From an uncultured Planctomycetaceae bacterium (GTDB taxonomy: Bacteria > Planctomycetota > Planctomycetia > Isosphaerales > Isosphaeraceae), in assembly GCA_963833985.1 (NCBI GenBank), contig CAWIAD010000002.1, forward strand, positions 448,001 through 512,000: 64,000 bases of DNA, written 5' to 3'. The position numbers and the translations under genes were made by a program. The notes beneath the pieces were generated by a model. The model did no database searches. It saw only the letters and a program-made list of their open reading frames with translations, and was not told where the DNA came from. Positions within the stretch are counted from its first letter, which is position 1. Every line of letters starts with the position of its first letter. Shown here one piece after another: positions 45,224-54,602 of this stretch.

Positions 45224-45328
45224 TAATCCTGGATCGATACAATTCGGACTGGGGCGCTCATACGCAGGCTGATACTTCAGCCACGCGCGGGCTACCGCAG
45301 TTGCCAGGTCTTGATGAGGCTCTGACTC

Positions 45329-46477
45329 ATGGCCGGACCGGTGCGAAAGAGGTTCGTGCTCAGCCTTCGGAGCGCGATGCTTCTCGTCCTCTTAAGCGGG
45401 ATGTGGATGGGCTGGAGAGTCAATCGTGCGAACGATCAACGGTGGGCCGTGACCGCGATCCTGCGGGCTCGCGGCAGCATCAGCTACGATTATCAGTTCT
45501 CGGTATCGAGGGGTTATCGTCGTCTGAGTGCACGGCCTTCGGCCCCGGCCTGGCTCCGGAAGTGGCTGGGCGATGAATTTTTCCAGGAGGTAACCTCGGT
45601 CCAGTTTATCAACCGGCCTGTGACGGACCTCGACTTGGCCCCGCTCGCGAGTCTCGACCGCCTTGAGGAGTTCCACATCTCGGGAGCCCCGATCACGGAC
45701 GCCGGGCTGAAGCACCTCGCGAATTTGAAAGCGCTACGCATCCTCTCGCTCTGGGAGACACCCGGTATTACCGACGCCGGCCTCGCATACCTGAGTTCCC
45801 TGACGAATCTGCAACACTTGAACCTCTACCGTTGCGAAATAACCGACGCCGGTTTGGTCCACCTCCGCACGATGGACAACCTCGAGACGCTCGACCTCGC
45901 CAAGACCGGGGTCACGGGCCCCGGCTTATCGCAACTGGGTCGAATGTCCAAGCTCAAGAAGTTATTTACGCCCACGAACAGCGCCGGCTTGACGCACATC
46001 GGCCGCCTGCACGGGCTTCAAGAACTTTGTGCGTATCAACCCCGAAAGCCGATCCCGGGCGACGGCCTGGCGCACCTGGCCAACCTGAAGAGTTTGAGGG
46101 TCCTGCAACTGGGAGACAATCTCTGCTCCGACACCGGGCTGGCCACGCTTTCAGGACTGAGCGGCCTGACTCAACTGGGTATCGGCGGAGAACAGGTGAC
46201 CGACGCCGGGATGAACCATCTCGCCAAACTCAAAGGGCTCCAGGAACTGACCGTAGACGAATCGAGAGTCACCGGCGCTGGATTGGCGGTCCTTCTGGAC
46301 CTGCCAAGCCTGACATCCCTGGATCTCCAGGACTCCGCGGGGGTGGGAGACAGCGGGGTCGAGCCGCTCAGAAAAATGACCGGCCTTCAAATCCTCGGGC
46401 TCGTCGGCACGACGGTGAGCGACGACGGGATGACGGTGATTCGCCAGGCCCTGCCGATGGCCAGGGTAGTTCGCTGA
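45329..46477 (+). CDS. Leucine-rich repeat protein
   Basis: Repeated ITDAGL.HL..L..L..L.L units; RFVLSLRS leader plus TM. Confidence 0.92.
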   Translation: MAGPVRKRFVLSLRSAMLLVLLSGMWMGWRVNRANDQRWAVTAILRARGSISYDYQFSVSRGYRRLSARPSAPAWLRKWLGDEFFQEVTSVQFINRPVTDLDLAPLASLDRLEEFHISGAPITDAGLKHLANLKALRILSLWETPGITDAGLAYLSSLTNLQHLNLYRCEITDAGLVHLRTMDNLETLDLAKTGVTGPGLSQLGRMSKLKKLFTPTNSAGLTHIGRLHGLQELCAYQPRKPIPGDGLAHLANLKSLRVLQLGDNLCSDTGLATLSGLSGLTQLGIGGEQVTDAGMNHLAKLKGLQELTVDESRVTGAGLAVLLDLPSLTSLDLQDSAGVGDSGVEPLRKMTGLQILGLVGTTVSDDGMTVIRQALPMARVVR

Positions 46478-46673
46478 GCCGGAGCCGATGCAGTGGGAAA
46501 GCCCATGAGTTTGAAGCGGACGTTTTCAGAGGCGAGCGAGGACAGATGAATCGAGGTCTGGACGCGCTCATAACTTTATCCATCCTGCGCAGTTTGCTCG
46601 CGATCGGAAGGATGTCCCCTTCAGCTTCGTCCATGAGCACGCGGGGGCGGAGCCGGGTGCCTTGATCTCCAGG

Positions 46674-47126
46674 CTAATGGACTCCATAGAGGGGCACGCC
46701 AACCGCCTGGGCGGCGGCTTTCAGCTTTTCATCAAGGGTTGCCAGCGGTAGACCTCGCCGCATGGCCAATTCCAGGTAGGCGGCGTCATAAGCCGAAAGA
46801 TGGTGCTCGCGGGCAACGCTCAACGTATTCCCGAACGCATGGACCTTGGTTTCGTCATCGACGGTGATGGGCAGCAAGGATAGAAAGCCAAGCCAAGTGA
46901 CCGTATTGGTCTGGGTTGAGCGCTTGCGGCGTTCTCCGACCAGCAGGGTGTTGGCCACCTCAAGATGCCAGAGATCGGGCACAAAAGCCTGCTCCGAAGC
47001 CAGTGCGTCAAGTGCGCTCTGCGAGTATTGGTCCTGTTCGTCGGGGAAGCACCACGCTATGGAAACCGAACTGTCGATCACCAGCCCTTCCTTGGCCGGC
47101 GTGACGGCACTTCTCTTCCGACTCAA
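46674..47126 (-). CDS. VapC/PIN toxin
   Basis: VIDSSV..AW.FPDE, LEVANTL, LSAYDAAYLELA, LATLD. Confidence 0.9.
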   Translation of the reverse strand: MSRKRSAVTPAKEGLVIDSSVSIAWCFPDEQDQYSQSALDALASEQAFVPDLWHLEVANTLLVGERRKRSTQTNTVTWLGFLSLLPITVDDETKVHAFGNTLSVAREHHLSAYDAAYLELAMRRGLPLATLDEKLKAAAQAVGVPLYGVH

Positions 47127-47377
47127 GGCCGTCCCTCCTCAATCATCTCCTTGATTTCGCGGGCGGTCAGAGGACCGTGCTTGCGGGCATGCTTTTGGCT
47201 GTAGGCCCGGAACTCAGCGATTACGGCGGAAATGTCCTGCTTGGCTACCGCCTGGGCAGGAGACAGGATCGCGATGGGCTTGCCGCGTTTGGTGATCGTG
47301 ATCGTTTCGCCCTTCTCGACCTGGCTGAGAAGCCGGGGCAGGTGTGTCTTGGCTTCGTAGCTGCCGACGGATTTCAT
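47123..47377 (-). CDS. Phd/YefM antitoxin
   Basis: VGSYEAKTHLPRLL..VEKGETITITKRGKPIA. Confidence 0.9.
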   Translation of the reverse strand: MKSVGSYEAKTHLPRLLSQVEKGETITITKRGKPIAILSPAQAVAKQDISAVIAEFRAYSQKHARKHGPLTAREIKEMIEEGRP

Positions 47378-47607
47378 TTTGTACCCTCAATGCATGAACT
47401 GGTCTAATTCACCTAGTCTAACCAACTTTACCGATCTTGCCAAGTAGGCTTTTTGTCCGGTTGGGCCCGAGCATTCCACCGAATCAACATAAAGAGGATC
47501 AGGCAACCATCCGCCCGGACAAAGAGAGTACATGCAATGCAATGCAATCCATCAGACACATCGCCGGGCCCCCGGTCCGCCAGTCCCGGCGCTCGGCGCG
47601 TATGGCA

Positions 47608-47674
47608 CATGGCCACGTGCGTGAGCACGTGGTTTTCACGGGCGCAGCCCCCAACCTCGGGCGTGAGCCCGACC
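47608..47674 (-). repeat. Repeat B (inverted copy)
   Basis: Reverse complement of GGTCGGGCTCACGCCCGAGG...GTGAAAACCACGTGCTCACGCACGTGGCCATG. Confidence 0.9.
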
Positions 47675-47690
47675 AGAACCCGGCTGCCAG

Positions 47691-48217
47691 GCCTACGATC
47701 TGACTGATCTGAACCCGGTGGCCGCGGGCATCGCCGAGGTGCACGAGTCGAGTGCCCACACGTCGATCAAGGAATGGGTCGAGCACGTCCGGGACCAGGG
47801 TCGAGCCGAGGATCTGAAGGCTGCCGAAGCCGGCAGCGTGGCAGGGTCGCAGGCAGCGGAGGGGCTCGAAGAGGGTCTGTGGCTGTGCCGATCGAGGACC
47901 GCAGGAGGCTGGACCCGGACGCGGGTCGCGGTCGCGAGGGGATGGTCGAAGGGTTCTCGCTGGGCAGCTATCTGCTGCTGGTGGACTACACGGGGCAGCT
48001 GTATCGCGAGGGGAAGGCGGCGATCTCGGCGGAGCTGGCCGGGATCCTGGAGCGGCTGGGGAGCAATGCCGAGAGCTGGCAAGCGCGGCTGCTGAAGCTG
48101 GCCGGCGGCCGGCTGCTGGGGCGGTTCTTCGCGGCGAGCCGGGAGCGGCTGCGGGACGTGGCGGGGCGGCTGGGGCGGCATCACCTGGCGAACCTGGGCG
48201 GGTGCGCGGTGCGGTGA
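47691..48217 (+). pseudogene. 3' fragment of Y1/HUH RAYT-like transposase
   Basis: AY..DLNPVAAGIAE...HTSIKE, YLLLVDYTG...GKA.I...ILERLG; 1-nt frameshift near 47888 relative to the 62504-62983 copy. Confidence 0.75.
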
Positions 48218-48261
48218 GGTGACGACGACGTCGGCGTGGGAATACGCGTGATCTGGCGATG

Positions 48262-48400
48262 TGCAGGTCGGGCGCACGCCCGAGGTTGGAGGCTGCGCCC
48301 GTGAAAACCACGTGCTGACGCACGTGGCCATGCGCCGCAGACTCCCAGGACGCTGACACACGTGGCCATAGGCCGCAGACTCCCAGGACGCTCACGCACG
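48262..48400 (+). repeat. Repeat B plus two short GCCGCAGACTCCCAGGACGCT units
   Basis: Matches the 63017-63462 array. Confidence 0.9.
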
Positions 48401-48593
48401 GGGTCATCCGGCCGGACTGCGGGGCGCTCGGGCACCACAGTGTGCTCGGGCATTGCGGGGCGCTCGGATCCGGTCATCCGGCCTGGACTGGGGACTGCTC
48501 GGGACCGTAGCCGTCCCCCACGGGTACCCAGTCGCTCGCGCACTGCGGGACGTTCGCGCACGCGGCTGCGCGCTCTGTACCGGTCGGAGCGAC

Positions 48594-50435
48594 GAATGGC
48601 ACTAGCTTAAGGACAAGTGAAGGCAGGTCCCCTGGTGAAATTGCGGATGAGTAACCTGGCTGAATCTTGCCAGGTATAATGGAAGTGGGAGGTACTTCCC
48701 GCTCGAGTGAGTTGCTGTTTGGACTAGGCTCCACGGCAGCGATTCCTGGGCCGCACCATTTCCATTCGAGACATAGGAGACCTCCCATGATCACCCTGCA
48801 GGAGGTTCGCGCTCGCTTTGCGCACGACCATGGACTGCCTTTCGCCGGCTCCTTGAGCGAACAGAACATCCTCAACGCTCTCAATGAGCATGGCATCAAG
48901 TATCGAGACCGAGTGTTCACCCCCGTCACCACCATCTGGGGCTTTCTCTCCCAGGTGCTCAACGACGACCAAAGCTGCAGCAACGCAGTTTCGCACATTA
49001 TTGCCCACCGGGCGGCCAGCGGGCTGGGAACGTGTTCACCAAACACGGCCAGCTACTGCAACGCCCGGGGCCGCATCGTCACCGACGTCCTGCGCACCCT
49101 GGCACGGCGGACCGCCGAGGAGTTACAGACCGCAGCCGAGGAGCAGTGGAAGTGGATCGGGCGGAATGTATTCATCGTCGACGGGTCGGGCATCTGGATG
49201 CCTGACACGCCGGAGAACCGCGAGGTGTACCCGCAGCCGGTGGTCCAGCAGCCGGGGATTGGTTTTCCCCTGGCCCGAGTCACCGTACTCCTCTCGCTGG
49301 CGACCGGCGCTTGCCACGACCTGGCCATCGCCCCGTACGCGGGCAAGGGGACTGGCGAGACCACACTGCTGCGGCGGATGTACGAGTCGCTTTCCCCTGG
49401 CGACGTGGTTCTGGCGGACGCTCTGTTCGACAACTACTTCCTCGCATGCGAATTGCGGTGGCTCGGCGTCGAGCTGGTCGCCCGTGTACAGGCGGAGCGC
49501 GTTGGGAGCCGGACGGTGGAGAGCCGGCCCGACGGCGACGTCATCCTCTGGCGAAGGCCTAACAAGCCGCGCGGGATGACAGGGGAGGAGTATCGCCGCT
49601 ACCCGAAGACCCTGCTGATGCGGCAGGTGGCCGTCGATGCCCGCGACAAGGACAACCGAGCCGAGCGCTTCAAGGTCGTCACCACGATCCTCGACGCGTC
49701 GATCGACGGCGGACAACTCGGCGACCTGTATGAGCGGAGGTGGGATGGAGAGATCGATATAAGATCGATCAAATCGGTGATGCAGATGGAGTTCCTGCGG
49801 TGCAAGACGCCGGAGATGGTGCACAAGGAGATCTGGGCCCATCTGTTGGCGTACAACCTGCTCCGCACGGCGATGGCGGTGGCCGCCGGGGCGAACGGGA
49901 TCGAGCCCCGGCAGGTGAGCTTCAAGGGGGCCAAGCAGGCGGTGACGGCGTTCGCTCCGAAGATCGAAGCGGCCCGGCCGAAGGATCGCCCCGCGCTGAT
50001 CGACGCGATGCTGGCGGTGATCGCTTACCACCGCGTCGGCAACCGTCCGGGACGATGGGAGCCGCGGGCGACGAAACGACGGCCGAGGCATGGGGCTCGC
50101 CTGAACCAGACCCGAGCCGAGGCCAAACTGGCGCACAATCGCGCGAAATGGTACTAGCAAGCGGTGAGGTTGTGGGACATTCCCTTTGGCTGAAAGCGGG
50201 CCGCGCCGCAAGGGCGTGTGGCGGGAGCGGCACCGCGCTGACCGGTTAAGCGCACGACCGAAGGAGGCCATCTGCGAGGTGAGGCACCTGCCCAGGTACC
50301 GGCAAGGGGCTCAAGAACGAGTCTCTGTCAATCGCTGGCGCCTGACGGCGGCTGTGCACGGCAAGTAGCCGTATACCTTGTCCGCCCCGCACGGCGTTTC
50401 TGACAGGCCGCTACGGCCTTAAGCTAGTGCCATTC
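48594..50435 (+). mobile_element. IS4 family insertion sequence
   Basis: Perfect 19-bp TIR GAATGGCACTAGCTTAAGG; 11-bp duplication GTCGGAGCGAC (48583-48593, 50436-50446). Confidence 0.95.
48787..50157 (+). CDS. IS4 DDE transposase
   Basis: IVDGS..MPDT, LADA, Y..RW..E..IR.IK (YREK-like) motif; AGGAGA RBS. Confidence 0.93.
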   Translation: MITLQEVRARFAHDHGLPFAGSLSEQNILNALNEHGIKYRDRVFTPVTTIWGFLSQVLNDDQSCSNAVSHIIAHRAASGLGTCSPNTASYCNARGRIVTDVLRTLARRTAEELQTAAEEQWKWIGRNVFIVDGSGIWMPDTPENREVYPQPVVQQPGIGFPLARVTVLLSLATGACHDLAIAPYAGKGTGETTLLRRMYESLSPGDVVLADALFDNYFLACELRWLGVELVARVQAERVGSRTVESRPDGDVILWRRPNKPRGMTGEEYRRYPKTLLMRQVAVDARDKDNRAERFKVVTTILDASIDGGQLGDLYERRWDGEIDIRSIKSVMQMEFLRCKTPEMVHKEIWAHLLAYNLLRTAMAVAAGANGIEPRQVSFKGAKQAVTAFAPKIEAARPKDRPALIDAMLAVIAYHRVGNRPGRWEPRATKRRPRHGARLNQTRAEAKLAHNRAKWY

Positions 50436-50831
50436 GTCGGAGCGACTGTGGCAACCCGGCCGGTGTTGGCGGGAGGAGCACAATCGACGGCGAATTCGCA
50501 AGATCGCCGGCCTTTCCGCCGTAGACTAAATAGGATGGGAGAGCATGCGATGGCATTCCGGATCGGCATCGGTGCTCAAGGAGAGCGTGCCCTACGGAAC
50601 CAGGCCGCGGGTGCTCTGGCATGCCGAGTACGCATCGGCCCGCAGCCAGAGCGTGCCCTACGACTCTTTGACAATCCGGTGGATGGATTGGACCAGCGCC
50701 CGGGCCGGCGGCGCGCTGGCTCCGCTCGTTGACCCGGCAGTTGAGGCGGTCCGCCGGAGCATTACGGCGCACCAATCCCGGATCGAACCCAATCGAAAAC
50801 GCAAACTTAAATCCTGTAGCCAAAACGATTA

Positions 50832-51234
50832 GGGGCAAATGGGGCCACCCACCTTCTGGCTCGGGGTGGCAAATGGGGCCACCCACCTTCTGGCTCACGG
50901 GCGGCTCGATCGTCGCATCCAGCGACTTATTGGCAGCGTCACCGCCGGAATTGGCCACTCGACGCAAACCGGAACGGATGGCAGAAGGGTCACCCATCGT
51001 CTGATATCTCAGACTGTGGGTGGCCCCGTTTTGTTTGCGTTTTGTTCGTTTTGTTCCCTCCGAGCCGGACACAGCACAAAGCGCCTCGACCACAGCAAGT
51101 CAAGCTGCCAGGCCAACTTTCGACACTGAATCCCGCTCGGACGACTGGCGCGCCACGCCAAACTGTGGGTGGCCCCTTTCTGCCACTAAACTGTGGGTGG
51201 CCCCTTTCTGCCACCCTTTCTGCCACCTCTGCCC
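50832..51234 (+). repeat. Repeat A copy 5 (50832-51057) plus stuttered right-end pieces (51160-51234)
   Basis: Near-identical to 56784-56989; GTTTTGTT x3; ACTGTGGGTGGCCCCTTTCTGCCAC x2. Confidence 0.92.
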
Positions 51235-51488
51235 CGCTGCCGATGGCCCGCGCCTGCAATTTCGTCCGGCTTGCGGCTGACCCTCCGACTCCAGGCTCGA
51301 GCATTCGTATCTCCAGACGGAGTCGCGGTTGACAGCAAAGTCGGCGGCGGGGGATGATCCAGTGGAGCGCGAGCAACCTTGCCATCACCTCGGCGGCCGT
51401 AACGGCGGCGCACCCCACGCGCGCGGCAAAGGGCTTCCTTCGCAGTCATTCTCATCGTGAAAATAGGTTCTTCTTCCAAGGGAAAGCC

Positions 51489-52103
51489 ATGGCGACTGCA
51501 CGGTTCAAGACTGCGACCGAGTCAACCTCTGGGTGGAAGGATCTACTCGTGGAACTGCTTCCACCCCAGGGTCAGTGGAGCGAGGACGAATACCTCGTTC
51601 TGACCAACCATCGGAACCGCCTGGTCGAGTTCACCGATGGCTTTCTGGAAGTCTTACCCATGCCTACGGACAAGCACCAAAGCGTGCTGAAGTTCCTGTT
51701 CCTTGCGTTTTACAGCTTTGTGGAGCCCCGTGGAACAGTCCAGTTCGCCCCGTTACGGCTGCAAATTCGGTCAGGCAAGTTCCGTGAGCCCGATCTCTTG
51801 ATACTGATCTCGGCATCCGATCCGCGCCGGCAGAACCGCTTCTGGCTCGGTGCCGACCTCGCTCTGGAAGTTGTGAGTGAAGAGAAACCGGAGCGAGACC
51901 TCGTTGAGAAGCGGGGCGACTATGCCGAGGGCCGCGTCCCGGAATACTGGATCGTCAACCCCCAAACCGAAACCATTACAGTCCTTGTCTTGCGTGGCGA
52001 TGCTTATGAAGAGGCCGCCATTTACCGGCGGGAGGACGCGGCGGCGTCGCCGTTGTTGTCGGGCTTCTCGGTCGAAGTGGCCGCGGTTTTCGACGCGAGT
52101 TAA
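51489..52103 (+). CDS. Uma2 family endonuclease
   Basis: VEFTDG.LEVLPMP...HQ, REPDL, DLALEVVS, EYWIVNP. Confidence 0.9.
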   Translation: MATARFKTATESTSGWKDLLVELLPPQGQWSEDEYLVLTNHRNRLVEFTDGFLEVLPMPTDKHQSVLKFLFLAFYSFVEPRGTVQFAPLRLQIRSGKFREPDLLILISASDPRRQNRFWLGADLALEVVSEEKPERDLVEKRGDYAEGRVPEYWIVNPQTETITVLVLRGDAYEEAAIYRREDAAASPLLSGFSVEVAAVFDAS

Positions 52104-52345
52104 GACAACCCTCATGGCACGGCACTCGTAGAGTCGAGGTGTGGCGCGGTTGCTTGGATCGAGGTTCGAATTCCCTCATACCCCCTCCTTCGTCTGCGGA
52201 CGCGCGGATGGGAAGCGGATGAGTGCCAGCCACTTTCTCGTAGCCCTCATGGCATTGCCGCGGGGAGCGGATCCAAGGCGAGAGTGGAGACCTTTCCCCG
52301 GAAGCAACAACCGTGCGTGAGAGACGGGCGCCGGCTACTCCGCCT

Positions 52346-52515
52346 GGCAAATGGGGCCACCCACCTTCTGGCTCACGGTCGGCTCAATCGTCGCATTCAG
52401 CATCTAATCGGCAGCATCATCGCCGAAACTGGCGACATGACGCAAAGCGGAACGGATGGCAGAAGGGCCGCCCATTGGCTGATATCTTGGACTGTGGGTG
52501 GCCCCGTTTTGTTTC
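52346..52515 (+). repeat. Repeat A copy 6
   Basis: Closest to copy 4. Confidence 0.92.
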
Positions 52516-52620
52516 TAATCCTGGATCGATACAATTCGGCCTGGGGCGCTCATACGCAGACTGATACTTCAGCCACGCGCGGGCTACCGCAGTTGCCAGG
52601 TCTTGATGAGGCTCTGACTC

Positions 52621-52674
52621 ATGGCCGGACCGGTGCGAAAGAGGTTCGTGCTCAGCCTTCGGAGCGCGATGCTT
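52621..52674 (+). pseudogene. Truncated duplicate of the LRR gene 5' end
   Basis: Identical to 45329-45382, cut by IS3. Confidence 0.9.
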
Positions 52675-54269
52675 TGTCTTGCTTCAGCCGGAAATGGAGA
52701 GACGTCGCACCCGAGTTATACTACAACTCGGCAGGAGTCTCACCATGCGAAAGCCCCGCAAGAACTATACGCCTGTCGAGAAGGTCGCCATCCTCCGGCG
52801 CCACCTCATCGATCGCGTCGCCGTTTCCGATCTCTGCGACGAGCACCAGCTGTCGCCCACGTTGTTCTACCTCTGGCAGAAGCAGTTCTTCGAGGGGGGC
52901 ACGGCGGCCTTCCAGCGCAAGAACGGACCCTCTGAGAGCCAGCACCTTCGCACCATCGCAGCCCTCCGCGACAAGCTCCAGCGCAAGAATGAAGTCGTCG
53001 CCGAGCTCATGGAGGAACACATCCAGCTAAAAAAAGAGCTTGGGGAGCTCTGACCAAGGCATGGGTTCCCCACGATACCCGCGACGGCATCGTTGACTTC
53101 GTCAGGCGCTGGTCGCAGCGAACCGAGATCCCCGTCGCCAGGTTCATCACCTGGCTGGGGATCGCAGCCAGCAAGTTCCAGAACTGGAAGACTGGCTATG
53201 GACTGGCCAACGAGCACAATGCCTTGGTTCCACGCGACTGGTGGCTGGAGCCGTGGGAAAAGCGAGCCATCATCGAGTTCCACAAGGACCATCCCGTCGA
53301 CGGCTACCGGCGACTGGCGTTCATGATGCTCGACGGCGATGTCGTCGCGGTCAGCCCTTCCAGCGTCTATCGCGTGCTCCGTGATGCGTGGTTGGTAAAG
53401 CATCATAACAGCAAACCTTCACTCAAAGGCAAAGGCTTCCAGCAGCCACTTTTGCCCCACGAGCACTGGCACGTGGACATGTCGCACATCAACGTCGCCG
53501 GCACGTTCTACTCGCTTTGCAGCCTGCTCGACGGCTGCAGCCGGTTCATCGTCCACTGGGAGATCCGCGCGAGCATGACCGAGGCTGAAGTCGAGACGAT
53601 CATCCAGCGCGCACGCGAGCGATACCCTGACGCCCGCCCGCGGATCATCTCTGACAACGGGCCCCAGTTCATCGCCAGGGATTTCAAGGAGTTCATTCGG
53701 ATTTGCGGTATGACACATGTGAGAACATCGCCATATTATCCGCAAAGCAACGGCAAGATCGAGCGCTGGCACCGCTCGCTGAAATCCGAGTGCATCCGGC
53801 CCGGCGTGCCGCTGTCGCTGGAGGATGCCCGTCGTCTCGTGGAACGTTATGTTGATCACTACAATCAAGTGCGTCTTCATTCTGCGATCGGTTACATCGC
53901 CCCGGCCGACAAGCTGGCCGGCCGTGGTCCAGCGATCTTCGCCGACCGCGACCGTAAGCTGGAGACTGCCCGTGAAAGGAGGGAACAGGTGCGTGCGACG
54001 ACCCGAGCGACGGGTTGATCACAGGGAGGCAATTGTCTCGTTCAGCTCGGGGCGGCTACGATGAGAGATGGCCTGGGCGGAGGGTAGGGCAACGTGGCGA
54101 CACGACCTGAGCGCCGACCCAGGGACCAAGACAGAAGGGGGCGGCACGATGCCGCCCTGTCTTCTCCTTCGGGATTGGTAAGAAAGCGGAAAACCGGTCC
54201 ATCTGTGTGAGTGTTCACTCCACCTTATCTTTCGACCCCGGTTTCTCCATTTCACGCTGAACCATTACA
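52675..54269 (+). mobile_element. IS3 family insertion sequence
   Basis: TG...CA ends TGTCTTGCTTCAGCCGGAAATGGAGA / TCTCCATTTCACGCTGAACCATTACA; no target duplication. Confidence 0.9.
52744..54018 (+). CDS. IS3 OrfAB transposase, -1 frameshift at A7G (53029-53036)
   Basis: OrfA HTH 52744-53053; OrfB WHVD, ISDNGPQF, YPQSNGKIER. Confidence 0.92.
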
Positions 54270-54602
54270 CCCTTCTCTCGGGCTGTCCAGCCTCGGACTC
54301 TCGCCAGACAATGTTCAGTAACCGTCCCGTCTCCCCGACTGGTTCCAGGTTCATGCCGGATCCCTGGGATCGATTTCTCTTGAGTGACAGGTGCCCGCAG
54401 GGAAGGCTTTCGGTGAAATGACCGGAGACACAACTCTGCCCGGTAATATCACTCGCCAGCTTTGCATGCCTGAGATCAATTGCCGTCGTGTTTCTCCTAC
54501 TCTTTCGCAAGCTCAAAATCCGCTTCTGTTTGCGGAAGGGAGAAGGGGCAGGCGACAGGCTTTGATGTTCGCGAGGCGTGTCCGGTGGTGGGGATTGAGC
54601 AT

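Noticed and set aside
45040..45576. Peptide ANGATHLLAHGRL... recurring in ORFs over repeat A
   Set aside because: Translation of the DNA repeat; no consistent start, RBS or stop; open frames are common at this GC content
50447..50830. Possible small ORF (MAFRIGIG...) with repeated GAGCGTGCCCTACG
   Set aside because: No recognisable family; cannot be supported without a search
45054..52674. Diversity-generating retroelement template/variable pair
   Set aside because: No reverse transcriptase; the duplicate covers a gene 5' end and mismatches are not adenine-specific
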